Origin: an uncultured Prevotella sp.
GTDB taxonomy: Bacteria > Bacteroidota > Bacteroidia > Bacteroidales > Bacteroidaceae
Reading direction: 5' to 3'
DNA length: 64,000 bases
NCBI GenBank assembly: GCA_900550035.1
Contig: URQS01000002.1
Location: 17,150-81,149, forward strand
Positions 10,089-19,889 of the stretch are shown in pieces. Positions within the stretch are counted from its first letter, which is position 1, and each line of letters begins with the position of its first letter. The notes below the pieces were generated by a model that ran no database searches, was not told the origin of the DNA, and saw only the letters and a list, made by a program, of their open reading frames with translations. A program made the translations under genes and the position numbers.

Positions 10089-12221
10089 ATGAGAATCAAA
10101 CCAACAAATCTGTTGCGTCTCGCCGTTTTTTTTCTGTTTATGGCGATGACAGCAATGGCTCAGGCGGCAACCGACGATTTCGACGTGCTTATGCAACGCA
10201 TACGCAAAGACTTCAGCCGCAATCCCAACATCGAGGCTACATTCAAGCAGTATGACGCCAGCAAGGGCGCCTTCACCGACATCGACTACTCACGCAACGA
10301 CCTCACCAACTGGCCACCGCTCAAGCACCTTGAGCGTCTGCAGCAGTGGGCTGCAGCCTACACCAACAGCAAAAACAAGCACTATGGCGAGGACGCTCTC
10401 TACGAAAACATAGTAAAAGCTCTGCAGCATTGGCAGAACGTGAACCCCAACTGCCGCAACTGGTGGTACAACCAGATAGCCGAACCGCAGTCGCTCGGCA
10501 TCACTCTTATCCTGCTTCGCTCTGGAAAGAAGCAGGTGCCGCACGAACTTGAGACAGCCATACTCAACCGTATGCGTGAGGAAGGCGGCGACCCAGCCAA
10601 GTGGACTGGTGCCAACCGTACCGACATCTGCCTGCACTGGATCTATCGCTCTTGCCTTGAGCGCAACGAGAAAGACCTTGTCACAGCCATGCAGCTCGTA
10701 TTCGACCCAGTACGCTACACCACAGAGGAGGGCTTCCAGCACGACAACTCATACTTCCAGCACAGCGTTCAGCTGTACATCGGAGGCTATGGCGACGAGG
10801 TATTGAAGGGCATAACACAGGTGGCCATGTACGCATTGGGCACCAAGTATGCTCTCCCTGCCGAGAAGGTGCAGATACTGAGCAAGTTCATGCGCGAGAC
10901 TTACTATCAGACAATACGCGGACAATATATGCTGTGGGACGTTATGGGACGCAGCGTGAGCCGCCGCAATATGCTCAACAAGAAAGACAAGGCAAAGTTT
11001 GCACAGCGCATGATTGAACTCGACCCGAAACACGCCGACGAGTTCCGTCAGATTATCGACCGCATGAACGGCAAGCAGCAGCCTTCGTATGCCATTCAGC
11101 CTCGCCATACACACTATTTCCGTGCCGACTACACCCTGCATGTCCGCCCGGGATATATCTTCGATGTTCGTCTGGTGTCTAATCGTACGGCACGCCTGGA
11201 GTATGGCAACCGCGAGAACCTCAAGACTTACTTCGCAAGCGACGGATGCAACTCTATCGTGAAGCACGGCGACGAATACTTCAACATATTCCCCACATGG
11301 GACTGGGCACGCATTCCGGGCACAACGGCTCCGCATCTCGACGAGATTCCTATCGCTAAGAAAGACTGGATGCAGCCCGGCACTTCAAAGTTTGCAGGTG
11401 GCGTGAGCGACTCTATCTATGGAGCTACTACTTACGCCTACAACGACCGTTGGGACGGCATCAACACCGAGGCTAAGAAGTCGTGGTTCTTCTTCGACAA
11501 CGAGATTGTTTGTCTCGGTGCTGGCATCACCTCAGACAACGAGGCCCCGATAATGACTTCGCTCAACCAGCGTCTTGCCAACAGAGGCGACAAGCTGACT
11601 TATGCCAACGTTAAGGGTGCTGCCACAGAAGGCACATCGGTTGAAGGCAACAACGTAGCATGGGTGATGTACGATGGTGTTGGCTACGCTATGCCTAACG
11701 GCGGAAACGTGAAGGCTGAGATTAAGAAGCAGTCGGGTACATGGCATGCCATCAACCAGACTCAGATTAAGACCGAGCAGACCAACGACGTATTCTCTGT
11801 AACGCTCGACCACGGCGCAAAGCCCAACAACGCCACATACGCCTACATCGTAGTGCCCGAGGCTAACACAGCCGACCGTATGGCTGAATATGCCAAGCAC
11901 AAGCACATCGCCATTCTGAGCAACACACCACAGATTCAGGCTGTTCAGCAGAGCGACCTCGGCGTATGGCAGACAGTATTCTTCGAAGCTGGTCAGTATA
12001 AGGACAAGAACATCACCCTCACAGCCGACCGTCCGTGCGCTGTAATGGTACGCCGCATGCCTAATGGCTCAACAGTAATGCACGTGGCTGACCCTGCACA
12101 GAAGCAGCAGCCCATCAACATCAGCGTGAAACTGAAGGGCATGAAAAAAACCGCAACCGTAAACTGCGACTTCACTGGTACCGGTATCTATGCCGGTGCG
12201 ACAAAGAAGTATACACTTTAA
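10089..12221 (+). CDS. Polysaccharide lyase family 8, chondroitin AC lyase-like
   Basis: Signal peptide; NWWYNQI, TGANRTD, FQHDNSYFQH..QLYIGGYG, WDWARIPGTT, AKKSWFFFD motifs. Confidence 0.92.
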   Translation: MRIKPTNLLRLAVFFLFMAMTAMAQAATDDFDVLMQRIRKDFSRNPNIEATFKQYDASKGAFTDIDYSRNDLTNWPPLKHLERLQQWAAAYTNSKNKHYGEDALYENIVKALQHWQNVNPNCRNWWYNQIAEPQSLGITLILLRSGKKQVPHELETAILNRMREEGGDPAKWTGANRTDICLHWIYRSCLERNEKDLVTAMQLVFDPVRYTTEEGFQHDNSYFQHSVQLYIGGYGDEVLKGITQVAMYALGTKYALPAEKVQILSKFMRETYYQTIRGQYMLWDVMGRSVSRRNMLNKKDKAKFAQRMIELDPKHADEFRQIIDRMNGKQQPSYAIQPRHTHYFRADYTLHVRPGYIFDVRLVSNRTARLEYGNRENLKTYFASDGCNSIVKHGDEYFNIFPTWDWARIPGTTAPHLDEIPIAKKDWMQPGTSKFAGGVSDSIYGATTYAYNDRWDGINTEAKKSWFFFDNEIVCLGAGITSDNEAPIMTSLNQRLANRGDKLTYANVKGAATEGTSVEGNNVAWVMYDGVGYAMPNGGNVKAEIKKQSGTWHAINQTQIKTEQTNDVFSVTLDHGAKPNNATYAYIVVPEANTADRMAEYAKHKHIAILSNTPQIQAVQQSDLGVWQTVFFEAGQYKDKNITLTADRPCAVMVRRMPNGSTVMHVADPAQKQQPINISVKLKGMKKTATVNCDFTGTGIYAGATKKYTL

Positions 12222-12345
12222 AAATTGATAATTGAGAGTTGAGAGTTATGATATGCTTTGTTGTGTCCATAATTATACAGTAGCAATTATACTAATACAA
12301 TAAGGTAATCATAACTTTCAACTTTCAATTTTCAACTCTCAACTA
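12222..12345. repeat. Two inverted copies of the heptamer-based repeat between convergent genes
   Basis: 12230-12252 is identical to 9990-10012; 12307-12345 is the inverted copy and supplies the TGA stop of the glycosylase gene. Confidence 0.85.
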
Positions 12346-12920
12346 AAGAGAAGCCCCTCAAACAACCTCCCATAATACTCCGCCTTCTTCTCTACCTTTA
12401 GCGGATAAGCCCTTGAGCTGCTTGGCATTCGCCAGAGCCTCAACATACGACCTTCAAATTCGAACTCCACATATTCGCCTACACGTGGTTCGTCACTTAT
12501 GTCGAAACACTCGCGCAGCACGTCGGTAGCCTTTTGTCCAGTTGTCACAATGGCTTCAAGACGAGGCAATGAGCGCACCATAGCCTTCAAGTCGGTAGGC
12601 TCAACCACCTCCAAGTCTTTGTCGGCAGCTGTATTCTTCAGCCTACGCACAGCCGTAGCTGTGTCGTACATACCAATACCCTTGGCTGTGAGAAAGTCGA
12701 TTATCGCTTCCAAATAAAATGTCTTATGCTCTACATCCACAAAGTGGAGCTTGTCGCCAAAAAAACACAGACCAAAGATTCGCCACATATCATTGGTGAA
12801 GTTGGGATAATAGAAATGCATAGACCAACGCTTCTCGGCGGGTGGGAAACTGCCAAGCATCAGCAGACGACAGCCTTCGGGAAGGAAAGGCTTAAAGGGA
12901 TGACGTTCGATGGAACACAT
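12339..12920 (-). CDS. Uracil-DNA glycosylase superfamily protein (mismatch-specific type)
   Basis: LMLGSFPP, FYYPNFTNDMWRI, MPSSSRAYP motifs. Start placed at MCSIERHP because the upstream in-frame extension is repeat-encoded. Confidence 0.85.
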   Translation of the reverse strand: MCSIERHPFKPFLPEGCRLLMLGSFPPAEKRWSMHFYYPNFTNDMWRIFGLCFFGDKLHFVDVEHKTFYLEAIIDFLTAKGIGMYDTATAVRRLKNTAADKDLEVVEPTDLKAMVRSLPRLEAIVTTGQKATDVLRECFDISDEPRVGEYVEFEFEGRMLRLWRMPSSSRAYPLKVEKKAEYYGRLFEGLLFS

Positions 12921-12921
12921 A

Positions 12922-12956
12922 TTGAATTTTGAATTTTGAGTTTTGAATTTTGAATT
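12922..12956. repeat. Five tandem heptamers TTGARTT directly before the glycosylase start codon
   Basis: ttgaatt ttgaatt ttgagtt ttgaatt ttgaatt. Confidence 0.9.
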
Positions 12957-13121
12957 GCTATACATTATTATATATATAGCATTCACTGAATGCAGAACAC
13001 AAAATTAATGAAATTAATCGGCAGAGGAGCAAAAAACTAAAGATTCTTAGCAATAAATTTGCAAGATACAAAAAAAGTACGTACCTTTGCACTCGCTTTT
13101 GAAACATAAGGCAAACACGGA

Positions 13122-13194
13122 GATCCGCTAGCTCAGCTGGTAGAGCACAACACTTTTAATGTTGGGGTCATGGGTTCGAGCCCCATGCGGATCA
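13122..13194 (+). tRNA. tRNA-Lys (TTT)
   Basis: Acceptor stem GATCCGC/GCGGATC, D-arm, anticodon arm CAACA-CTTTTAA-TGTTG, TTCGA T-loop; upstream TACCTTTG promoter box at 13082-13089. Confidence 0.97.
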
Positions 13195-13199
13195 CAAAG

Positions 13200-13231
13200 A
13201 AAAGGACTTTACTTCGGTAAAGTCCTTTTTT
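13200..13231 (+). terminator. tRNA terminator
   Basis: AAAAGGACTTTAC-TTCG-GTAAAGTCCTTTTTT. Confidence 0.9.
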
Positions 13232-13272
13232 ATTTCTACACATAGAAGAAAAAAAAAGAAAGAAAGAAAGAA

Positions 13273-13422
13273 CTCATCAGCGGTACTGCATTGCTGCGTG
13301 CTGACGGCATCAAGGTGCGTGTAGTGAGCGTTGGATTCTCGGCTCCCTACAAAGTGCTTGACGAGAAACTCGGATTCACTGCCGACAATGTCTACAAGCA
13401 GGTGAAGGAGATGCTTGCTTAA
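13273..13422 (+). pseudogene. tkt: Transketolase 3' remnant with an internal deletion
   Basis: Reads LISGTALLRADGIKVRVVSV|GFSAPYKVLDEKLGFTADNVYKQVKEMLA*. Both halves resemble the Bacteroidales transketolase C-terminus as recalled, with the intervening segment missing. Confidence 0.75.
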
Positions 13423-13453
13423 GCCAAGCACTTACATATGTTATATTATAATG

Positions 13454-13495
13454 AAGCCAACTACGCTGTTTATACATACGTAGTTGGCTTTTTTT
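13454..13495 (+). terminator. Terminator after the tkt remnant
   Basis: AAGCCAACTACG...CGTAGTTGGCTT followed by a T run. Confidence 0.85.
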
Positions 13496-13625
13496 GTTCG
13501 TAATATTAAATAATAGATGTATTTTACACGGAATTACATCCCTTTTTGAACGATAATAGTCTATCGTATCATTTCTTATGCCGTAACTTTGCACTATAAT
13601 AGAAACCTAAAATCAAGACAACAGA

Positions 13626-14606
13626 ATGCAAAAGAAGAATTTACTGAGAAACGTGTTCATAGCCGCGTCACTATTCTCGGCGGTTGCATCAGCCAACGCA
13701 CGCAACAAATACCTGTTTGTATATTTCACCGGCAACAGTCCGCAGCAGGAGCAGGTGTCGTATGCCATCAGCGACGACGGATTCAACTATACTCCACTGA
13801 ACGGTGGAAAACCTGTAATTTCATCCGACTCTATAGCACGTACCGGATGCGTACGCGACCCTCATATACTGCGCACCAAGAATGGCGAATATCTTATGGT
13901 AGTAACCGATATGCGCTCGTCGCTCGGATGGTCGAGCAATCGTGGCATCGTGCTGCTTAAGTCGCGCGACTTAATTCACTGGCAACATCACACCGTACAC
14001 TTCCCCGAGAAATATGCCGGAAAGAACTTTGCCAATGTGACACGTGTATGGGCACCGCAGACTATATACGACAAAAAAGCCGGAAAGTATATGGTCTACT
14101 TCTCGCTGCTCACCAACGACGGCACCATTCCCTACGACCGCGTGTATTGGGCATACACCAACGACGACTTCACTGACCTTGAAGGCGAACCGAAGGTGCT
14201 CTTCGACTTCCACGCTCCTGCTATCGACACCGACATTGTGCAGGACAAGAAGGGCGAGTATCACCTCTTCTTCAAGACCGAGCAGGAGGGCGCACACAAG
14301 GGCATACGCCAGTATGTGTTCCACGACCTGCACGACACGGCATCATGGACATTGCTCGACGGATTCTGCGAGCAGACAAAGGACAATGTTGAGGGTGCCG
14401 GAGTGTTTCCGCTCATAGGTGGCGGATGGTGTCTGATGTACGACTGCTATATGTCGGGACACTATCAGTTCACTCGTTCGGAAGACCTGCGCACATTCCG
14501 TTGGATAGCCGACACTAAGACCAAAGGTGCTTTCACTCCGCGTCACGGAACTGTGATTCAGATTACACCGAAGGAATACAAGCGACTGATGAAACACTAT
14601 AAATAA
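13626..14606 (+). CDS. Glycoside hydrolase family 43
   Basis: Signal peptide; YLFVYFTGN, VRDPHILR, WAPQTIYD, IDTDIV, EGAGVF, PRHGTV beta-propeller motifs. Confidence 0.88.
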   Translation: MQKKNLLRNVFIAASLFSAVASANARNKYLFVYFTGNSPQQEQVSYAISDDGFNYTPLNGGKPVISSDSIARTGCVRDPHILRTKNGEYLMVVTDMRSSLGWSSNRGIVLLKSRDLIHWQHHTVHFPEKYAGKNFANVTRVWAPQTIYDKKAGKYMVYFSLLTNDGTIPYDRVYWAYTNDDFTDLEGEPKVLFDFHAPAIDTDIVQDKKGEYHLFFKTEQEGAHKGIRQYVFHDLHDTASWTLLDGFCEQTKDNVEGAGVFPLIGGGWCLMYDCYMSGHYQFTRSEDLRTFRWIADTKTKGAFTPRHGTVIQITPKEYKRLMKHYK

Positions 14607-14762
14607 TGAAGTTGACTAGAGGCAATTAGACAAGATACAGCAAGGCGCTCCGGGCAGCGTGAAGGAGTTTAAGGTTTATATATATAAATAAATAGAAGTT
14701 TGAGGAAGTTAACTTCTTCTTAAATTCCTCAAACTCCTATTTTTGACCCTACTTCATGGGGG

Positions 14763-15340
14763 TTATTCGCAAACGATGCTTCCGCCCATTAGCTGCATCA
14801 TAATCTTCACATTTCCATTCTTTCCGACTTTCGTTTTCTTCACAGCCGACTTAGGCCAGAAGCTATTCTTGTCGGCAGTCTCGTAATAACTGCTTACTTC
14901 CTTGCCTGTGAGCATAGGCAATGAGAGATTGAGCGAGAGCGGTTTGTTGGTGCCGTTGAGTGCTGCCACATACCATTTGTCGCCGTGACGACGTGCTATG
15001 AGAACATATTTGCCTGGATAACCATCAATGAATCGGGTCTCGCCCCATGTAGTAGGAACATCCTTAAGGAAGTCAATTTCGTGCTGTGGAAGTTCAGTGA
15101 GGTTGTTGGGATAGATGGCTATGCACTGAATGCTTGCCTGATTGGCAATAGCGGCAGCCATCTCAAACACGTCGGACGTATAACGACGATGACGGCTCTT
15201 ATTGTCACGCGACATGTAACGGTTCATAATAGTGCCTCCCCAATCCATTGCAGCAACAGTGTTGCGACAGAACGAAGTGCGCCCGTTGACGCAGCAGCAA
15301 AAAGCAATGCTGTGATAGAATTTCTGAGCGAAATGTTCAT
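14763..15340 (-). pseudogene. GH97 glycoside hydrolase with a large internal deletion
   Basis: Signal peptide from ATG 15340 (MNISLRNSITALLFAAASTGAL) is joined out of frame to the C-terminal portion FCRNTVAAMDWGG...PTTWGETRFIDGYPGKYVLIARRHGDKWYVA. Confidence 0.8.
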
Positions 15341-15357
15341 ATTATGTTGAATGTGAT

Positions 15358-16140
15358 TTAATGTTCGTTATCTGCTAATTGCTCTGGCTGCTGCTTTTGT
15401 TGCTCCACATATTCCTTCACAATCATGCCAAACTCCTTCTTGAAGCACTGCGAGAAGTAGCGCGGAGTAGAGAATCCGACACGATAGGCGAGTTCGTTGA
15501 TGCGTATATCAGGTTGCTGACGCAGTATGCGGCACGCCTCCTTCAATCGTATAGAACTGATGAACGACGTTATGTTCTGTCCCGTTATTGCACGCAACTT
15601 GTTATAGAGCGACGACGAACTGATGCAGAGGTCGACAGCAAGCTGTTCGCGACCGTATTCGCTATCGGTAATGTGCTCCTTGATCCTGGCTATCACATTC
15701 TCAACAAAAACCTTTTCCAGACTGCTGTAGTGCTGTTCTTCGACATCGAAGTCGGTCTGCTGCTCGAAACGCTGACGTATGCGCTCGCGGTTTTCAATAA
15801 TGTTCATGATACGCAGACGCAGGTCGTCGAGGCTGAACGGCTTGGCGAGGTAAGCGTCAGCACCCGCACGCAATGTCGAGTGCCGTCTTCTCGATTATGT
15901 GTTGCGCACGCTCGCCGTTGGTGGCTGTCTTCACATTAAAGTAAGGCGACAACAGCGACGACATGACCTGCAACAGTTCGGGTGAGCGGTGTGAGCAGCT
16001 CGTGTGTGATATTGGTGAAGATGACAGCCATCTGCAAACGGTTCTTGGTACGCAGGCGCTCGCGATACCACAGTGTTGCGGCGTAGAGTCCACCGACGAG
16101 CAAACACACATATACAAGATAAGCCCAGGGCGATGCATAC
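15358..16140 (-). pseudogene. Hybrid two-component system remnant (TM-HisKA, receiver and AraC pieces)
   Basis: Three out-of-frame pieces: ...FTNITHELLTPLT | PELLQVMSSLLSPYFNVKTATNGERA...ALDI | RAGADAYLAKPF...AraC HTH (VGFSTPRYFSQCFKKEFG). Confidence 0.85.
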
Positions 16141-16189
16141 TTTCTAATGGCGGTCATTAGAAAATGACAAGATATATTTCTAATGACCG
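16141..16189. repeat. Palindromic repeat at the truncated 5' end of the HTCS remnant
   Basis: Perfect 13-bp IR CGGTCATTAGAAA (16151-16163)/TTTCTAATGACCG (16177-16189), plus a third partial copy at 16141. Confidence 0.75.
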
Positions 16190-16263
16190 ATTTGGGTTTA
16201 TGCCCATAAAAAATCCCCCAAACGCCAGTAGTGGCACTTTGGGGGATTATTGTTTATGTTTTA

Positions 16264-17679
16264 TCATTTGCTGAATGTCAGTCCTTCCACATGGTCGTTG
16301 ACGTAGATGTTAGCCATATCGGCTGTCTTATACCAACGTGGTTTGCCTGGCATATCGTCAGAAATAAGTTTGCCGTTGATTGTGAAGTTCTCAAATCGGA
16401 TGTTCTTCACCATTCGGCTCTGGTCGTAACCGGCAATGATGCCCATATTAGGAGCCGAGCCACGGTAGGCTATGTTGCGCAGCGTGATGTCCTCGATGCC
16501 TCGTCCTGGGGCTGAACAATACTTCTTGTTGTAGCACACACGAATGTTGAAGAGCATTCCACGACGAATATTGTCAATGTTGAAGTTCTGGAACGTAACG
16601 TTCTTCACCGTGATGTTGTCGCCGTTGTTTATGCCAATGCAACCCTGATAGTCTATCTGATTTTCTGCATGTTCAAGAATCTCGACGCCGTCGTACAGCA
16701 CATTGTTTATCAGTTCGTCCTCGGGAGTTTCGCTGTGCAGACCTATCATGATAGGGTGAGCCACGTCAGCCCACATCACAAAGTCCTTGATAGTGATGTT
16801 GCTGCATCCGCCATGATAGTTCTTGCGAGTGCAATAGATGGTGGAGCAGTCGTCGCTGGTGCGTGCAAAGAGGTGCTCCTGACGGATGTTGTTGCTGGCG
16901 AAGATGTTGAAACCATCGCCCCAGCCATACCAGCTCATCACCTTGGCATTCTTCACCGTCACGGAGTCGCTGCCACCGATAGGCAATTGAGTAGTGAGAG
17001 GTCCGTCGATATATACGTTCTTCGAGTATCTCACCATAATACCCTCATGGTGTCCAGGCATCACGATGCCATGACCGAGAATCTTCACGTCGCGTGAGCC
17101 ATAGGTCGAAAGCCAACCCTTGATTACTGCCCCGTTGTCTATAAAGACCGTCTTGCCCGAAGGGATGTGTATGGAGTCGCCCTTGAAGTCGTGTACGCCC
17201 GGACCGAAATACATCAGGTTCTTTTTCTTTATCTTAGGTTTTTCAATGATGTTGTCGGCGAAGAGTTGCAGGTTTTGATAGATGTTTCCGTTTATCTCTA
17301 CAGAGAGGTAGCGAGGGCGGTCGAGCGTAAACGTCAACGTGTTGCCCTCCTGTACAGCCTCTATTCCGTAGGAGTTTGGACGAATTCTGTAACTTTTGAT
17401 ATCCTGAGCAATGCTCTTTACCTGTATTTCAACTTTACCTTCGAATTCAAACTTTGCCACCGAGGTAAGCTCTACATTATGTTTAGCATCAGCCACACGG
17501 TCTACCTTAAAGGCATAAGTGTCTATGTCCTTCCATTCGCCACCATTGATGCGAGCCTTCACTTCGAAGTCGTGTTTCTGTTCGATGCCCGCTGGTGCCT
17601 TGGCAACTTCAAGGCGGTCTTTTGCCGCCATGGAAAGTGTGATGAGGCATAATGCCAATGTTGTTAATATCCTAATCAT
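16264..17679 (-). CDS. GH28-like parallel beta-helix glycoside hydrolase
   Basis: Signal peptide; YFGPGVH, WGDG and SDDC acidic motifs; repeated NITxxN coils. Confidence 0.75.
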   Translation of the reverse strand: MIRILTTLALCLITLSMAAKDRLEVAKAPAGIEQKHDFEVKARINGGEWKDIDTYAFKVDRVADAKHNVELTSVAKFEFEGKVEIQVKSIAQDIKSYRIRPNSYGIEAVQEGNTLTFTLDRPRYLSVEINGNIYQNLQLFADNIIEKPKIKKKNLMYFGPGVHDFKGDSIHIPSGKTVFIDNGAVIKGWLSTYGSRDVKILGHGIVMPGHHEGIMVRYSKNVYIDGPLTTQLPIGGSDSVTVKNAKVMSWYGWGDGFNIFASNNIRQEHLFARTSDDCSTIYCTRKNYHGGCSNITIKDFVMWADVAHPIMIGLHSETPEDELINNVLYDGVEILEHAENQIDYQGCIGINNGDNITVKNVTFQNFNIDNIRRGMLFNIRVCYNKKYCSAPGRGIEDITLRNIAYRGSAPNMGIIAGYDQSRMVKNIRFENFTINGKLISDDMPGKPRWYKTADMANIYVNDHVEGLTFSK

Positions 17680-17774
17680 GTTGTTATAATGTTGTTATGT
17701 CATGATTTACATGTCGATTTACCATTGTTATATCTAAATATGAATGAGGTAAGCGTTTTGCTTATGTCATTTTC

Positions 17775-17816
17775 AAAAAAAGGAGATAAAGCTATCACAT
17801 ACTTTACCTCCTTTTT
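17775..17816. terminator. Terminator after the second susD
   Basis: AAAAAGGAGATAAAG...CTTTACCTCCTTTTT. Confidence 0.75.
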
Positions 17817-17835
17817 ATATGTTTATGGCAACTGA

Positions 17836-19842
17836 TTACCAACCTGGGTTCTGCTTCAAAGCAGGGTTCAAGCGAATCTGCTGCAATGGGATTGCCTCCA
17901 GATAGTCGCGTTGGGTGTAGTGCAAGTTCTCGGCGAGGGTAGCGATGGAGCGACCATAGTCTGGATCATTCTCACCTGTGCCTGTATATACACCATACAG
18001 CAATGGATACTTCTCAGGATAGTAGCATGGCTCACCAAAGTACTGATTGTCGTTACACTTATAGGTGGTGTAAGCGGTGTTCAATACGTGGCGACCTAAC
18101 TTCTGGCCACGGAGATTGATGTGGGCGATGCCCCAACGTTTCAGGTCGTCCATGCGGAATCCTTCTCCGAAGAGTTCGCAAGCACGCTCACGACGAATCT
18201 CATCCAGCATGTTCATCTTGTGGCAAACAGTCTTGTTGGTCTTGTAATCCCACCATCCTGCATCCCACACGTTCTTGATGAGGGCGTTGGTGAGGTGAGC
18301 CACCCGTGCACGGTCACGAAGCTTGTTGATGGAGAGGTTCAAGTCCTCATCGGAGATTTGACCATTGCCAAGCTCGCATGTAGCCTCGGCATAATTGAGA
18401 TATACCTCGGCTAGGCGGAGAAGAGGCAAGTCTGGAGACTCTGTTCTGGTAGGGCGAGTGCCCTCAGGGTTATATTTACGACACCCATAATCATTGAAGT
18501 TCGTGTTGTTGCGGAGCTTTGGTCGGAAGATGCCTCTTACACTAGCGTATGCTGGGTCAGAAGAATCGAACTTGTCATTGTTCTTCACAAATAAAGGATC
18601 TGGATATGGCTTACCATCAGCCTCAGTATGCATTGTGCAGTGTTCGCCGACACCCCAAGAGGCTCGGTCTGGACACCATGCGCAGCCTACAAAGCGATAG
18701 TCTCGATTATGATATTCGCCAGCGAATGTACTCCATCCTTCAAACTCAGGGTTGTTTTCTGCGTCTTCCATTTTTCCTGTACGGCTGATACGGATAGGCA
18801 GACCATTGCGGCAGAGGAAGGACTCGCCGAATTGTGCGCTAATGTTTACTCCTTGCCAGGTATCTACGATATGGCCAATATTGAAACCTGGGCGCTTCAA
18901 GTCATAGTCGTATTTTTTGTAGAGGATGAACTCATGATTGGTATTTTTTCCAACATTCTTGAAGTTTGAGATGTTGCCATCATTGTCGTCAATATTGAAG
19001 AGATAATAATAGCTAAGAGAGTCACACTCATTCCAAAGAGAGTATGTGCCATTGGCTTGTGCCTCGTCCATTACCGCCTTTGATACTTGCTTGCATTCAC
19101 TGAACATGTCGCCTGTAGATGGATAACCTTCAGGCTTTGCCTTTCCTGCACCATTCTCGGTACCATCTCCATCCAGGTCATAATTGATGGAAGGCACATA
19201 TTTTTCCCAAGTAGCCTCATAGAGAAGAACTCTTCCGAAGAACGCCTGAGCTGCTTCCTTGCTAATGCGTCCCTTGTCGGCTGCGGCGATGCTGCTCTCT
19301 TTGGGTAGTAATTCGATAGCCTTGCGGAAGTCGTTTGCCAAGAAGTTGAATACCTCGTAGCGGCTATTGCGAGGTCCATAGAGTACCTCATCGTTTACGT
19401 CCATGACATGATCAACGATTGGCACGCCTCCAAAGGTCTTCAGTAAGTCGAAGTATGCCATGCCACGGAAGAAATATGCTGTACCTACCGAGGCGTTGAG
19501 GGCAGTTTTGTCACCAGAGTATTCTTCCGCCTTTTTCAGCAGGATGTTGTATTGACGGATGTGTGAGTAACTATTGTTCCAAGTATTGTTGCTCTCAGGA
19601 GCGGCAGAGCCTCCATTTGAGCTAAGTCCACCGATGTCCGTATTTTTATCCCATGTTATTGATTGCCATGATGGCAGATGCTCAATGAAGGCATCCGCTG
19701 CTTGCTGGAACTGAGTAGCATTCTTGAACACGATGGCCTCTGTGCCCTCTGACAGTGGCTCCTTATCGAGGAAGTCACTGCAGGAGGTTAAGCTTGCTAT
19801 AAGAGCAGAAGCCATTACTAATTTTGATATTGTAGATTTCAT
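17836..19842 (-). CDS. susD: RagB/SusD family lipoprotein
   Basis: LTSCSDFLD lipobox; AYFFRG, FGGVP, LRLAEVYLNYAEA, IRRERACEL, LKQNPGW motifs. Confidence 0.95.
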   Translation of the reverse strand: MKSTISKLVMASALIASLTSCSDFLDKEPLSEGTEAIVFKNATQFQQAADAFIEHLPSWQSITWDKNTDIGGLSSNGGSAAPESNNTWNNSYSHIRQYNILLKKAEEYSGDKTALNASVGTAYFFRGMAYFDLLKTFGGVPIVDHVMDVNDEVLYGPRNSRYEVFNFLANDFRKAIELLPKESSIAAADKGRISKEAAQAFFGRVLLYEATWEKYVPSINYDLDGDGTENGAGKAKPEGYPSTGDMFSECKQVSKAVMDEAQANGTYSLWNECDSLSYYYLFNIDDNDGNISNFKNVGKNTNHEFILYKKYDYDLKRPGFNIGHIVDTWQGVNISAQFGESFLCRNGLPIRISRTGKMEDAENNPEFEGWSTFAGEYHNRDYRFVGCAWCPDRASWGVGEHCTMHTEADGKPYPDPLFVKNNDKFDSSDPAYASVRGIFRPKLRNNTNFNDYGCRKYNPEGTRPTRTESPDLPLLRLAEVYLNYAEATCELGNGQISDEDLNLSINKLRDRARVAHLTNALIKNVWDAGWWDYKTNKTVCHKMNMLDEIRRERACELFGEGFRMDDLKRWGIAHINLRGQKLGRHVLNTAYTTYKCNDNQYFGEPCYYPEKYPLLYGVYTGTGENDPDYGRSIATLAENLHYTQRDYLEAIPLQQIRLNPALKQNPGW

Positions 19843-19889
19843 ACTAATAATCTTTTTGTTGTTCTTTTGTTGTGTACTGGAAACTTCAC

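Noticed and set aside
12921..12986. N-terminal extensions in the ORF track (glycosylase, eda, GH97, lyase, DUF1599, SPOR)
   Set aside because: They translate repeats or intergenic DNA; downstream Mets fit family starts or signal peptides better.
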